The position numbers were made by a program, and so were the translations under genes. A stretch of DNA of 64,000 bases from Patescibacteria group bacterium (GTDB taxonomy: Bacteria; Patescibacteriota; Patescibacteriia; UBA9934), in the NCBI GenBank assembly GCA_041666205.1, contig JBAYHI010000002.1:725-64724 (forward strand), written 5' to 3'. Within the stretch, counting starts at the first letter, position 1, and the number at the start of each line of letters is the position of its first letter. Under the pieces are notes generated by a model. The model did no database searches. It was not told the DNA's origin and saw only the letters and a program-made list of their open reading frames with translations. Shown here piece after piece: positions 39,398 through 49,607 of the stretch.

Positions 39398-39830
39398 AGT
39401 CCTCCGACGCGTTGCTCGGGATCTTTCGGTTGAGGAATTATCCACGCCGGCCATGCAAACCCTCATCGATGAGATGGGAAAAACCATGCTCCAAGAAGAT
39501 GGAGTCGGGCTTGCTGCTCCACAAATCGGAAACTCCATTCGATTAATTTCGGTTGCAACAAACGATGAGCCTCAAGCATTTGTGAATCCAAAAATCGTGC
39601 GCCATTCCTTTCGAAAAGTGAAAGGCGAAGAAGGATGTCTTTCTGTCCCAGGCGTGGTTGGAACGGTTGCACGTTATCCGCGCGTTACCGTAGAGGCGCT
39701 CGATCGATTTGGGCGTGCGGTAGTTGTGCGCGCAAGCGGACTTTCGGCCATTGTCTTCCAACACGAAATCGATCACCTCGACGGCATTTTGTTCATCGAC
39801 AAAGCAACCGCTATTCACGATAAGCCGTAA
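39366..39830 (+). CDS. def: peptide deformylase
   Basis: 154 aa. GVGLAAPQIG, EGCLSVPG, and QHEIDHLDG motifs. Confidence 0.9.
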   Translation: MTLKILTNPNEVLRRVARDLSVEELSTPAMQTLIDEMGKTMLQEDGVGLAAPQIGNSIRLISVATNDEPQAFVNPKIVRHSFRKVKGEEGCLSVPGVVGTVARYPRVTVEALDRFGRAVVVRASGLSAIVFQHEIDHLDGILFIDKATAIHDKP

Positions 39831-39831
39831 C

Positions 39832-40755
39832 ATGCGCATTCTTTTTTTCGGCACCCCTGCGTTTTCCGTTCCCTTTCTTGCGGCACTTCACGCGGAGCCC
39901 ACGATTGAAATTGCAGGGGTGGTCACTCAGCCCGATAAACCTGTTGGACGATCGCAAACGCTTACAAAATCTCCGGTTAAATTATTTGCAGAAGAAAACA
40001 ATTTGCAAATTCTTCAATTTGCAAGTCTGAAAAAAGATGAAGTGATTTCCACGCTATCTGCGCTTCATCCTGACGTCATGGTTGTTGTTGCATTTGGGAA
40101 AATTATTCCCGATGCGATTTTATCGATTGCACCACATGGCACGTTGAATGTTCATCCGTCCCTTCTTCCGAAGTATCGTGGGCCGTCGCCACGTCAAAGT
40201 GCCATTTTAAACGGCGATGAAAAAAGCGGCGTAAGCATCATGCTTCTTGATAAAGAAATGGATCATGGTCCTATCTTGGCACAAAAAGAATTTTTGCTCG
40301 ACGTGCAAGAAACCATGGAAACGCTCGAAACCAAGATTTTGAATATTGGCCCTTCCCTCCTTATTTCTACACTCAACGCATACGTAAACGGTACGCTGAC
40401 GCCAGTTCCTCAAAACGATGCCGATGCGGTGTATTGCGAATTGCTCACCCGAGAAGACGGCATTGTGAATTGGCAAATGAATGCAGAAACCATTGATCGC
40501 ATGTTTCGAGCATTTCACCCATGGCCAGGGATTTCATTCGTTTGGCATCGCAATGGCGAAGAGGTTACAATCAAATTGTTAGATATTGCAATCTCTCAGA
40601 AAAAACTCGACGCAGGCAAGGTTTTATTTGAAGATCATAAATTATTCGTCGGTACCAACTCAACGGCGATCGAAATAAAAATGCTCCAGCCTGCAAGTAA
40701 ATCCGTCATGACAGCTAAAGCATTTGTGAATGGCTACAAAGATTTTTTGAATTAG
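39832..40755 (+). CDS. fmt: methionyl-tRNA formyltransferase
   Basis: 307 aa from MRILFFGTPAFSVP. Contains NVHPSLLPKYRG. The def-fmt pair is conserved. Confidence 0.9.
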   Translation: MRILFFGTPAFSVPFLAALHAEPTIEIAGVVTQPDKPVGRSQTLTKSPVKLFAEENNLQILQFASLKKDEVISTLSALHPDVMVVVAFGKIIPDAILSIAPHGTLNVHPSLLPKYRGPSPRQSAILNGDEKSGVSIMLLDKEMDHGPILAQKEFLLDVQETMETLETKILNIGPSLLISTLNAYVNGTLTPVPQNDADAVYCELLTREDGIVNWQMNAETIDRMFRAFHPWPGISFVWHRNGEEVTIKLLDIAISQKKLDAGKVLFEDHKLFVGTNSTAIEIKMLQPASKSVMTAKAFVNGYKDFLN

Positions 40756-42359
40756 TGCTCTCGCGTCACCACGGGTTTCATGGGGTGAAGTTGCGGGAGC
40801 ATTTTTGTTTTGCGTTCATGGTGATCGATGCGTGATTGCAGAAGCCCGGAATAATCGAGAAAAGGCAAAATGCAAAGCATGGTTACAATACCAATGGGAT
40901 GATTGAGATACGGAGAGAAAACATGCGTGACAAAGAGCGCAGCCAAAGAAGCGCTGAGCCCAAAAACAATCCATTTATATCCGTGAACGCGCAGGGTAAA
41001 CCACGCGGTTTGAGCGACGGTAAGGCAATACACAAGGAATGAAATCAACCCAATGATACCCATTTTGAGCCAGATGTCTTGATACCCCCATTCAAATCGG
41101 AATGTGGAATACGCGCCCGTCGGATTTGTGGCCAATATGCGCGGATCTGCGGAAATATAGGTGACTTCTTCCCCAAACCCAGAACCAATCACTGGGGATT
41201 TCGCAATGGCATCCATAAGCGGCGGCAGTAATTGCCAACGACTTGCAATAGCCATGCCACGCGTTGTATCGGCGCTTGTACTGTAAAATGCGGCATCCTG
41301 AAGGTTTGGTTGTGTTGGCAGTGGAAATGCAATGCTCATCCAGGCCACACATAAGCCCATACACGCGCATAAAATGATCCAGGAGAGGCGTTTGAGCATG
41401 AAGGTGATCTTTGATCGTTCAAACCACCAAATCAGCGGAATAATGAATAAAAAGGCGCAGGCAGTTCCCAATAAGAAACTCCGTGAATAGCTCAGGAATA
41501 GTCCGGCAAACGAGCCAATCATGAGGAGCATAAGCACTTCGGGCAATCGCTCCTTTTTATACAGCGAAAGCGTAACCGAAGCGCAAAGCAGTAGAATCAC
41601 AATCAAGAAAAACTGTGAAGGCATGAAAATGCGGTACCAATAGCCATCTGTGCCCAGAAGCATTGCCGTAGTTGGACTGGTGATAAGCCCCGCACTATTG
41701 GACGCGGTTTGAAGCGTAATTTCCGCAAGGCGACTGTCGCGCACAAATGTATAGAGCTCGTGGTTTACTTTGCCTGGCAGATGCGTAAACAGGAAAGACA
41801 AAAGGAGTGTCGTAGCCATGAGCCAAATGCCAGCCGCAACAATGGTTTGAATGAGTGCACGACGATCGTCTTGTTTCCACGGAAGTGAAATAAGTGGAAG
41901 CAAATAGGCAATGGAGGCATAGCTATTCAAATCATCAAACGCCAAAGAAAACGGATTTTGCGCGATTCCAATGACTGCACCAATTAGAATACCGAAGCCC
42001 AGTAAAATCCAGGGTAGATCCCGTTGAAGAAAAAATGTCGGTTTAACTTTGTGGCGCAAAAATAGGATCCCCCACCCCATCATGACGCCGGCAAAAATTG
42101 CAAGGCGAAGCGAGAGCGTGAATCCAAATAAACTCGCGTCCAGCAAATGCCCGTGCCCGCCAATGAATGTTTCAAAAAATGCGAGCAAGAGTCCGGCACG
42201 CAAATCTTGATACGTGAGTACGCCAATGGTTGCGCCGACTGCAAGCAAAACTGGTAGCGCGAAAAATGTATCGCGCAAAAACCAGGCAGCTGCATGCGCA
42301 AGAACTGCAATCCCAAGATAGACGAGCGTCGTTTTTGAAAAGAGTTGTTTGCCGAGCAT
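40752..42359 (-). CDS. O-antigen ligase/polymerase (Wzy)-like polytopic membrane protein
   Basis: 535 aa with more than 10 TM segments. Last gene of the polysaccharide cluster. Confidence 0.4.
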   Translation of the reverse strand: MLGKQLFSKTTLVYLGIAVLAHAAAWFLRDTFFALPVLLAVGATIGVLTYQDLRAGLLLAFFETFIGGHGHLLDASLFGFTLSLRLAIFAGVMMGWGILFLRHKVKPTFFLQRDLPWILLGFGILIGAVIGIAQNPFSLAFDDLNSYASIAYLLPLISLPWKQDDRRALIQTIVAAGIWLMATTLLLSFLFTHLPGKVNHELYTFVRDSRLAEITLQTASNSAGLITSPTTAMLLGTDGYWYRIFMPSQFFLIVILLLCASVTLSLYKKERLPEVLMLLMIGSFAGLFLSYSRSFLLGTACAFLFIIPLIWWFERSKITFMLKRLSWIILCACMGLCVAWMSIAFPLPTQPNLQDAAFYSTSADTTRGMAIASRWQLLPPLMDAIAKSPVIGSGFGEEVTYISADPRILATNPTGAYSTFRFEWGYQDIWLKMGIIGLISFLVYCLTVAQTAWFTLRVHGYKWIVFGLSASLAALFVTHVFSPYLNHPIGIVTMLCILPFLDYSGLLQSRIDHHERKTKMLPQLHPMKPVVTREH

Positions 42360-42360
42360 A

Positions 42361-43209
42361 TTAGCGACGCTTTAGAAGGGCGGTAAGATACGCAAGCACC
42401 AAAAAAATCGGAGTGAGGATAACAAATAGCAGCCACGCGCCCATGCCATGATGTTTTTTCATGTATTTGCGCAAGCTCTCGCGCACCCAGCGCTGTTTTT
42501 TGAGCGTTTCGATTTTCCCAAATGCATGACCTTTGTGGTGCGTCACCTCCACATCGCCAACATGCAAAATCCGCCAATCTGCTTGGCGCGCCATTTTGCA
42601 ATAATCCACCTCTTCGTACCAAAGGAAATATTGTTCATCAAAGAGTCCGATGTCTTCCATGAGCTCACGGCGAATGAACATGAATGCACCCATAATGGAA
42701 TCCACATCTTGCGTTTGCAAGGGATCAGCGTCGCGCATGAGATAGCGATCCATGACGCTCGTTTTAAGAACGTGCGGCACTTTAAGAAGAATGAGAAGTT
42801 GATCGGTAATGCCAGGAAATCGACGAATGCTTTCTTGAAGCGTGCCGTCCGGGTACCGAATGACGCAACTCGCAATCCCAATGGTTGGATCTGCATCGAT
42901 TTTTTGAATCATCTTGGCAAGCACATCGGGCGCAAAACGTGTATCAGGATTCAATAGCAAGGCATAGCGTCCACCCGATAATTTCATTCCCTGGTTCACA
43001 GCATATGCAAACCCTTTATTTTCGGGGTTTGGAATATAACGACAATTTGGGATTGCTTCGGCAAGGCGTTTGGTGTCCGCATGGTTGCCATTATCGATGA
43101 CAAGCAATTCCCAATTGAGCCTGGTAGACGATGCAACAGATGCAAAACACTCCTCTAGAATTTCCGGCTCTTCATTGAACGTGACAATAACGATGGAAAG
43201 ATCTTTCAT
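42361..43209 (-). CDS. family 2 glycosyltransferase
   Basis: From MKDLSIVIVTFNEEPEILEE. Contains a DxD region. Its start overlaps the upstream stop as ATGA. Confidence 0.75.
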   Translation of the reverse strand: MKDLSIVIVTFNEEPEILEECFASVASSTRLNWELLVIDNGNHADTKRLAEAIPNCRYIPNPENKGFAYAVNQGMKLSGGRYALLLNPDTRFAPDVLAKMIQKIDADPTIGIASCVIRYPDGTLQESIRRFPGITDQLLILLKVPHVLKTSVMDRYLMRDADPLQTQDVDSIMGAFMFIRRELMEDIGLFDEQYFLWYEEVDYCKMARQADWRILHVGDVEVTHHKGHAFGKIETLKKQRWVRESLRKYMKKHHGMGAWLLFVILTPIFLVLAYLTALLKRR

Positions 43210-43916
43210 AGATGATGTTTTTTGGCAATAATTTCGCGGGCACGCTGGTAGCGGGAAATCGTGGAAGGCGTCCATCCCAGCTTTTTCCAGGGAATCGCAT
43301 AGAAGAGTTTTGGCAACCAAGAAGACCCAATACGGGACGCGCCATAGGTTTTTGCATGCATGAGCGTTTCTGGAACGAGTACGCCTTTTTTCCCTGCCTC
43401 CACCATGGTAAGCCACACGTCCCAATCTTGCAGACGACGAATGGCCGGATCAAATCCTGGAAAATCCGCTGCGCGTACAAGAGCCGTGGTATGAATAAAA
43501 TTATGGTGACGCAATTTTTGCGCGTCAAATGGCACGCCACGGAATTTTTTGAATCCGAATCGGAACGCACTATACGCAATGGAGCAATCCGGGTGCGCGG
43601 CAAGTGCGTGTACGAGTTTTTCAATCATGTCGGGCTTCATGACAACATCCGCATCCACAAACAGCAGAAATTCCCCTTGCGCTTCCTGCATCCCGCGATT
43701 GCGTGCAGGATTCGCTCCCTGGTTTTTTTGCAAAATAACGAGCACGCGATCTCGAAATTCCTCAAGCACATCTTGGGTGCGATCAGTTGAGCCGTCGTCC
43801 ACGACGATTATTTCCGTACACCCATACGTTTGCGCCAATACCGAACGCAAACACGACGGAAGTGCTTCCGCATGCTGATACGTTGGAATAATAATGCTCA
43901 CGAGTTCTTCAATCAT
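43206..43916 (-). CDS. family 2 glycosyltransferase
   Basis: VSIIIPTYQHAEALPSCLRSVLAQTYGCTEIIVVDDGSTD. Confidence 0.8.
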   Translation of the reverse strand: MIEELVSIIIPTYQHAEALPSCLRSVLAQTYGCTEIIVVDDGSTDRTQDVLEEFRDRVLVILQKNQGANPARNRGMQEAQGEFLLFVDADVVMKPDMIEKLVHALAAHPDCSIAYSAFRFGFKKFRGVPFDAQKLRHHNFIHTTALVRAADFPGFDPAIRRLQDWDVWLTMVEAGKKGVLVPETLMHAKTYGASRIGSSWLPKLFYAIPWKKLGWTPSTISRYQRAREIIAKKHHL

Positions 43917-44917
43917 AGGTTGAGAAGCGACTGGAACGCGTGTTCACGCGAAAATTCACCAAGGACGCGTAAACGAGCGTCTGCGCCATATTTGATGCGA
44001 ATCTCGGGGTGCGACCATAAATAAACAATGGCGTCGCGCAACTCCTCGTTTGAATTTACAAGGCATCCGGTCATATGGTCAAGCACGGCTTCGCGCACAC
44101 CCGGAAGATCAGATGCAACCACGGGAAGTCCAAAAAGCGCGGCTTCCAAATACACAATCCCAAATCCTTCCCGATCGTATGGCGTGGAGATCGTTGGCAT
44201 CACAAAGAGGTCGGCTTCACGATAGAATGTTGGTAAATCAAAATCCGAAACGTGATGGAAAAATTGTACGCGTTCGCGCACGCTGAGTCGCTCTGCTTCT
44301 TTTTCCAGTTCCAAAATGTAGGGCCCATCGCCCACCACCTGGTATCGAAGGCGTGGCAAATTGCGCATGAGTTCGAAAATACGCGTATGCCCTTTTCGTG
44401 GCACGAGGCGCGCGACCGTGAGCAGAATAAAATCCTCGTGTTCGTCTTTCTGCGCGCGAGCGGGTAAATCAGCAGACGCATCAATCATTTCTTGACGTAC
44501 GCACGGATACACGACCATGGGTTTTTTCACGTGAGCAAAATCTGCAATTTCATTGGCAAGGGCCACGGAATTTGCAATAACGGTTTTCGCATTTCGTAAA
44601 ATGCGTTTTGCCAAAAATCGTCGAACAAAGGAACGCTTTGCTAAATCAAAATCCATCCCGTGCAAAATGAGCGTATACGGAACCCCGGAAACAAATGCAG
44701 CCGTGCCCACGGGGAAAATATGGCTCACAAGCAATTCAAATCCTTCTTTTTGTTTGGTACGAAATTCCAAAACCATGGCAAGATGAGTCGGCAATTTCCC
44801 ATCGGTTGCGCGTACTTCAAGGCGCTCGCCAAGGGTTTCTTTCACCGCGCCAAGATACCTGGCAACACCGCCGAGCATGGGCGGATAATCAGGCGTCAGG
44901 AGAAAGAGGCGTGACAT
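43913..44917 (-). CDS. family 4 (group 1) glycosyltransferase
   Basis: GT-B C-terminal domain with an E...E motif region (EGFGIVYLEAALFGLPVVASD). Confidence 0.75.
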   Translation of the reverse strand: MSRLFLLTPDYPPMLGGVARYLGAVKETLGERLEVRATDGKLPTHLAMVLEFRTKQKEGFELLVSHIFPVGTAAFVSGVPYTLILHGMDFDLAKRSFVRRFLAKRILRNAKTVIANSVALANEIADFAHVKKPMVVYPCVRQEMIDASADLPARAQKDEHEDFILLTVARLVPRKGHTRIFELMRNLPRLRYQVVGDGPYILELEKEAERLSVRERVQFFHHVSDFDLPTFYREADLFVMPTISTPYDREGFGIVYLEAALFGLPVVASDLPGVREAVLDHMTGCLVNSNEELRDAIVYLWSHPEIRIKYGADARLRVLGEFSREHAFQSLLNL

Positions 44918-46352
44918 AGGGTTTGCGATGAATAAGCGCGCGGAACGATTGCCAATGTGCTGTAGTGATCATTTTTGTACAAAGGAGGGTGAGACCATAC
45001 ACGCACGCACCAAGCGGAATCACGAACGCAAAATGCATATACGGCTTCACCAGGAGAACAATCGCAACCATAAGGATGGCGCCAAGCACAATCCCCCACG
45101 TTGCTTTGATAAAATCCAAAATGCCCAATGGCACAATCCGCCGGACCATCATCCAGCCAGATGCAAACATCACAAAAAAAGAAATAAGCGCTGCGATGCA
45201 CGCACCCAGAAGACCAAAAAGTGGAATGAGCACAAGGTTCAATAAAATATTGAGAACCATCACAATGCCCATGATGGTCATTTGCGTATATTGATGCCCG
45301 GTTGCATTCAAGAGTGAACCAAGCGGATAATCCAGGAATAAGAAAATGAGAACAAAAATGAGAATTTGCAATGGCAAAATCGACCCGAGATAATCCGCAG
45401 ACATAAACGTGCCAATGATTTCCGGGGCAAGGGCAAAAATCCCTCCAACAATTGGGAATGCCATGAGGGCCATATACCAGAGCCCCTGCAGCAAAATGCG
45501 TTTGAGCTCCTGAGGATTATGCGCTTGCGAGCTCATGGTGGGATAAAGGGCCGCTACAAATGCCAGAGGAAGAAATTGAAATGCATACGTAAATTTATTT
45601 GCAACCGCATATAACCCCACTGCTCCGGTTCCCAATACCTCGTGCAAAATCAAACTATCTGCATATGCATAGAGCTTGGAAAATATTGCTGCCAAGAAAA
45701 ATGCAAATGCAGCCTTGAGGGGCGTGAATCCCAATTCAAATGAAGGCTTGAGTGCAGACCAGCCCAAGCGACGCAAAATTTGGATGCCCGAAAACACCAC
45801 ATTCCACGTGCTTCCCACAATGAGCGCCACCATGAGCATCGGGAGCGTTGCAATCCCCAGAAAAACAAAGGTGATGCCAAGAATTGTGGTGATACTTTGC
45901 CCGACAAAAATCCCAAGCGATTCATAGCGCAGATTTTGCAGTCCACGCAATACGCCATAAAGCGAGAGCGAAAGTGTATCAGCGATCATGATGAAAATCG
46001 CCAAATGGATGAGCGTTGTAAGCTCTGCATCGTATCCAAAGATGAGGGGCACACAAATTGCAAGCAAAATCGAGAGTGGAATCGAAACGAGTTTCCATCC
46101 AAGCATTACGCGTGACCATTTCGCAGCATCCTCGGGGTGTTTTGCAACTTCACGAATCGTGACCGATGTGAGCCCAACATCCTCAAAAACCGCCAAGATC
46201 GTGGCAATTCCCAATGCCAAAAAATAGGCCCCATTATCATCGACGCCTATTACGTTGGCAATGACGGTAAAATAGGCCAAAGAAATCACCTTCTGCGCAA
46301 TCGATGCCAGGGTGAAATAAATCGTATTTTTAGCCAAATGTGCCTCTGCCAT
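44889..46352 (-). CDS. polysaccharide/oligosaccharide flippase (Wzx, MOP superfamily)
   Basis: 487 aa with 12-14 TM segments. First gene of the GT cluster. Confidence 0.65.
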   Translation of the reverse strand: MAEAHLAKNTIYFTLASIAQKVISLAYFTVIANVIGVDDNGAYFLALGIATILAVFEDVGLTSVTIREVAKHPEDAAKWSRVMLGWKLVSIPLSILLAICVPLIFGYDAELTTLIHLAIFIMIADTLSLSLYGVLRGLQNLRYESLGIFVGQSITTILGITFVFLGIATLPMLMVALIVGSTWNVVFSGIQILRRLGWSALKPSFELGFTPLKAAFAFFLAAIFSKLYAYADSLILHEVLGTGAVGLYAVANKFTYAFQFLPLAFVAALYPTMSSQAHNPQELKRILLQGLWYMALMAFPIVGGIFALAPEIIGTFMSADYLGSILPLQILIFVLIFLFLDYPLGSLLNATGHQYTQMTIMGIVMVLNILLNLVLIPLFGLLGACIAALISFFVMFASGWMMVRRIVPLGILDFIKATWGIVLGAILMVAIVLLVKPYMHFAFVIPLGACVYGLTLLCTKMITTAHWQSFRALIHRKPYVTPLSPDA

Positions 46353-46400
46353 AGATGTGCTCCATCATAGCCAACTTGGCAGGCTTTAGCAAACAAAAAA

Positions 46401-46432
46401 AGACCGCCGAATAGGCAGTCTTTTCTTAAAAT
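46401..46432 (-). terminator. terminator downstream of the rpsI-rplM operon
   Basis: Minus-strand hairpin aagactgcctattcggcggtctt followed by a T-run. Confidence 0.5.
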
Positions 46433-46560
46433 CATGTTATAAAACTTTCGTATTTGGATGCAGAACGAGGAAAAAATCGAGCAACGAGGAGGCGTACCTA
46501 GATGTACGGCGACGATGTGCGGAGATTTTTGACGAAGTTATGCGCCAAATACGGAATGTT

Positions 46561-46962
46561 TTAACGCTTGCGCCACTGTGTTGCACGACGTGCACCACGA
46601 TGACCGAATTTCTTGCGTTCCTTCTTTCGTGCATCACGTGTGAGGAGACCTTTGTCTTTAAGGGATTTCTTCACGGTTTCATCATAGGTAACCAGGGCGC
46701 GAGCAATCGCAAGCGCAATTGCATCGGCTTGACCACGAAGTCCGCCACCAATCGTGCGAGCGGAAATATCCACGATTTCTTGTTTTCCAACTTCGGTGAG
46801 TGGTTTTACAATAACCGATCGGTAGGTATTGTGCCCGCCAAAATGTTCATCGAGCTTTTTGCCGTTAACCGTAATTACTCCAGAGCCGCCCATGGAAAGG
46901 CGAACCTTGGCAATAGCGGTCTTGCGACGTCCAATTCCTTGGTAATAATTCTTTTCAGCCAT
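46561..46962 (-). CDS. rpsI: 30S ribosomal protein S9
   Basis: C-terminus GLLTRDARKKERKKFGHRGARRATQWRKR. Confidence 0.95.
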   Translation of the reverse strand: MAEKNYYQGIGRRKTAIAKVRLSMGGSGVITVNGKKLDEHFGGHNTYRSVIVKPLTEVGKQEIVDISARTIGGGLRGQADAIALAIARALVTYDETVKKSLKDKGLLTRDARKKERKKFGHRGARRATQWRKR

Positions 46963-46963
46963 A

Positions 46964-47326
46964 TTATGAAATAGTCAATCGTTCCATGCGACGATCGCGG
47001 TGGTTATTTTTTGGAAGCATACGAGACACGGCCATCTCGATAACTTTCTTTGGATCGTTTTGCATAAGAACGCTCATTTTTCGCTCACGAATTCCACCTG
47101 GATATTGCGTGTGACGAATATAGATTTTTTGATCGAGCTTTTTGCCGGTGATTTTCACGTCTTTTGCATTTGTGATAATCACAATATCGCCATCATCAAT
47201 GTTTGGCACATAGCTCGTTTTGTACTTGCCCATGAGGTGCAATGCAATATCTGTTGCAAGACGGCCAAGCACTTTTCCGGATGCATCAATTGTATAGGTG
47301 GTTCGTGGCATATTAAAGAAGTTCAA
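46964..47326 (-). CDS. rplM: 50S ribosomal protein L13
   Basis: GKVLGRLATDIALHLMGKYK. Sits upstream of rpsI. Confidence 0.9.
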   Translation of the reverse strand: MNFFNMPRTTYTIDASGKVLGRLATDIALHLMGKYKTSYVPNIDDGDIVIITNAKDVKITGKKLDQKIYIRHTQYPGGIRERKMSVLMQNDPKKVIEMAVSRMLPKNNHRDRRMERLTIS

Positions 47327-47663
47327 TTTGCACCGTTGGCGCAGCGTCTCCTACGCGACGACCAAGTTTGGTGATTCGGACGTATCCGCCCTGACGATCC
47401 TTGAGGCGTGGCGCAATCACTTCCATCAGCTTATTCACCGGCTGTTCTGTGGTGAAATAAGAAAGAAGTCGGCGACGTGCTGCAAGATCGTTTTTCTTTG
47501 CAATCGTAATGAGGTGCTCGATTTCTGGTCGCACCGCTTTTGCCTTCGTCTGCGTCATCACGACTTTTTCGTAAACCACAACCGAGGTTGCGAGATCACG
47601 CATAAGCGCTTTGCGAGCAGCAGAGACACGATTTAATGTTTTGATTACTTTTCGATGACGCAT
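47313..47663 (-). CDS. rplQ: 50S ribosomal protein L17
   Basis: MRHRKVIKTLNRVSAARKALMRDL...GGYVRITKLG. Confidence 0.9.
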   Translation of the reverse strand: MRHRKVIKTLNRVSAARKALMRDLATSVVVYEKVVMTQTKAKAVRPEIEHLITIAKKNDLAARRRLLSYFTTEQPVNKLMEVIAPRLKDRQGGYVRITKLGRRVGDAAPTVQIELL

Positions 47664-47666
47664 ACC

Positions 47667-48455
47667 TTATTTTTCATCCTCCGATTCAAGTGATTCCTCC
47701 GGAGCTTCGACTTCTGCGACCTCTTCCTTTGATGCGCTGATCTTCTCGGTGAGGGACGCGTGTGAAATCTGACCGTCAATCCAATTGAAGTGATTTAAAA
47801 TGATTTTGATAGAGTCCGCTACCGCATCTTGTGGCGTCATGGTGCCATCGGTGAGGATGGTCATGAGCAACTTATCGTAGTTGGTGATTTCTCCAACGCG
47901 CGTGTTCTCAATTCGGATTCCAACGTTGAGAACCGGGCTGAACAATGCGTCCACGGCAATGACGCCGATGTCGTTGCCCGTGGTATCTCGTTCCTCGGTT
48001 GGAACATACCCGCGGCCTCGACCCACCGTGATATCCATGATGAGCTTTCCTGTTTTTGCGGTCATGGTGGCAAGAACCAAATCGCCGTTGATGATTTCAA
48101 CATCGGCATTTGGCGTAATATCTTTTGCCGTTACTTCGCCTTCACGATTGGTAAGATCGAGGTGCAAGACAACCGGATCGGCTGAATGCACTTTCATGCG
48201 AAGCTGTTTCAAGTTGAGGATGATTTCCAATACATCTTCTTTTACCCCCTCAATCGTTGAAAATTCATGCTGAGTTCCTTTGATCTTAACGGAAAGAACC
48301 GCAGAACCCTCAAGGGACGAAAGCAAAACGCGTCGGAGCATGTTTCCAACGGTCATGCCATACCCATGGTGCAAAGGCTCAATGGTCAAAATGGCCTCGT
48401 TTGGCGTTGCGCCATCGGCAAAGGTCATTTTAGAAGGAAGAAGGATGTTCTCCAT
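47667..48455 (-). CDS. rpoA: DNA-directed RNA polymerase alpha subunit, N-terminal domain only with acidic tail
   Basis: 262 aa. The alpha-NTD fold is alignable. Ends in an acidic tail ...KEEVAEVEAPEESLESEDEK with no helix-hairpin-helix alpha-CTD. Confidence 0.85.
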   Translation of the reverse strand: MENILLPSKMTFADGATPNEAILTIEPLHHGYGMTVGNMLRRVLLSSLEGSAVLSVKIKGTQHEFSTIEGVKEDVLEIILNLKQLRMKVHSADPVVLHLDLTNREGEVTAKDITPNADVEIINGDLVLATMTAKTGKLIMDITVGRGRGYVPTEERDTTGNDIGVIAVDALFSPVLNVGIRIENTRVGEITNYDKLLMTILTDGTMTPQDAVADSIKIILNHFNWIDGQISHASLTEKISASKEEVAEVEAPEESLESEDEK

Positions 48456-48463
48456 ATGATGAT

Positions 48464-49102
48464 TTAGCGTGAATAGAATTCAACGATCAGCTTTGGATCA
48501 TACACTTCCTTCAGGTCCTCCCCTTCCGGCTGACTCACAACTTTCCCTTCGCGTTTCGAAAGGTCCATAAAGAGCCAACCAGGAACCGTATGATTTTTCA
48601 TGCGCTCTTCAAGATCATTGAAGACCGCCTTTGCTTTTTTATTTTCGCGGATTGCAATCACGTCGTTTACGCGCACCTGGTAGGATGGGATGTTCACCGT
48701 TTCCCCATTGATGGAGAACTGGCAGTGACTCACCATTTGGCGTGCTTGTGGACGTGTTTTTGCAAATCCAAGTCGGAACACCACGTTATCGAGACGCATC
48801 TCCAGGAAGCGTGGCAAAATTTCCGCCGTGTTTCCTTTAATACGAATAGATTTCTCGAAGTAATTTCGGAATTGGCGTTCCATGATGCCATACAAGCGTT
48901 TCGCTTTCTGCTTTTCGCGCAATTGGCGACCATAGGCAGACATGCGAGACCCACCGCCCATGCCACCGCGAGCGGCAGCTGGACCGTGAACGCCAGGACC
49001 GTATGGTCGGCGTTGCATGACTTTAAGAGCTTTATTGCTCGTGGAAAGTGGGGCGCCTTCGCGTCGGCTCATGCGACCCATTTTTTGTAATGTTTTTCCC
49101 AT
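48464..49102 (-). CDS. rpsD: 30S ribosomal protein S4
   Basis: 212 aa. Contains an S4 RNA-binding domain. Confidence 0.9.
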   Translation of the reverse strand: MGKTLQKMGRMSRREGAPLSTSNKALKVMQRRPYGPGVHGPAAARGGMGGGSRMSAYGRQLREKQKAKRLYGIMERQFRNYFEKSIRIKGNTAEILPRFLEMRLDNVVFRLGFAKTRPQARQMVSHCQFSINGETVNIPSYQVRVNDVIAIRENKKAKAVFNDLEERMKNHTVPGWLFMDLSKREGKVVSQPEGEDLKEVYDPKLIVEFYSR

Positions 49103-49111
49103 ATCTATCCG

Positions 49112-49606
49112 TTAAACTCGGCGTGCGCGACCTGGTCGGCAACCATTATGTGGTGTGGTCGTTGTTTCTTTTACAGAAAGAACGCTCAAACCTTTTGTGT
49201 TGAAAGTTCGGATGGCAGAATCACGCCCAGAGCCAATGCCTGTGGCATACACATGGACTTCTTTCATGCCAAGCGGTTCAACCTTATCGCAAACTTTTGT
49301 GGCAACAATACTTGCGGCGTATGGAGTTGCTTTCTTTGGACCAGTGAATCCGCAGTTACCCGCAGAAGCCCAAGCGATCGCGTTGCCATTTGGATCGGTA
49401 ATTGTGATGATCGTGTTATTGAGAGAAGCGTGAATATATGCGCGACCACGTGGCATTGCCTTGAATGCACGGCGCTTGCCTTTTGCAGTGCGAATAAATT
49501 GCGCTTTCTTTTCCGTTTTCTTTTCAGCTTTTGGAGCTTCAACACCCTCAGCCGCTGGCACTGCAGCAACTTCTGGCACGACGTCCAATGATGTTTGATC
49601 TGTCAT
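49112..49606 (-). CDS. rpsK: 30S ribosomal protein S11 with a 40-aa A/E/K-rich N-terminal extension
   Basis: Core KGKRRAFKAMPRGRAYIHASLNNTIITITDPNGNAIAWASAG. Confidence 0.9.
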   Translation of the reverse strand: MTDQTSLDVVPEVAAVPAAEGVEAPKAEKKTEKKAQFIRTAKGKRRAFKAMPRGRAYIHASLNNTIITITDPNGNAIAWASAGNCGFTGPKKATPYAASIVATKVCDKVEPLGMKEVHVYATGIGSGRDSAIRTFNTKGLSVLSVKETTTTPHNGCRPGRARRV

Positions 49607-49607
49607 A

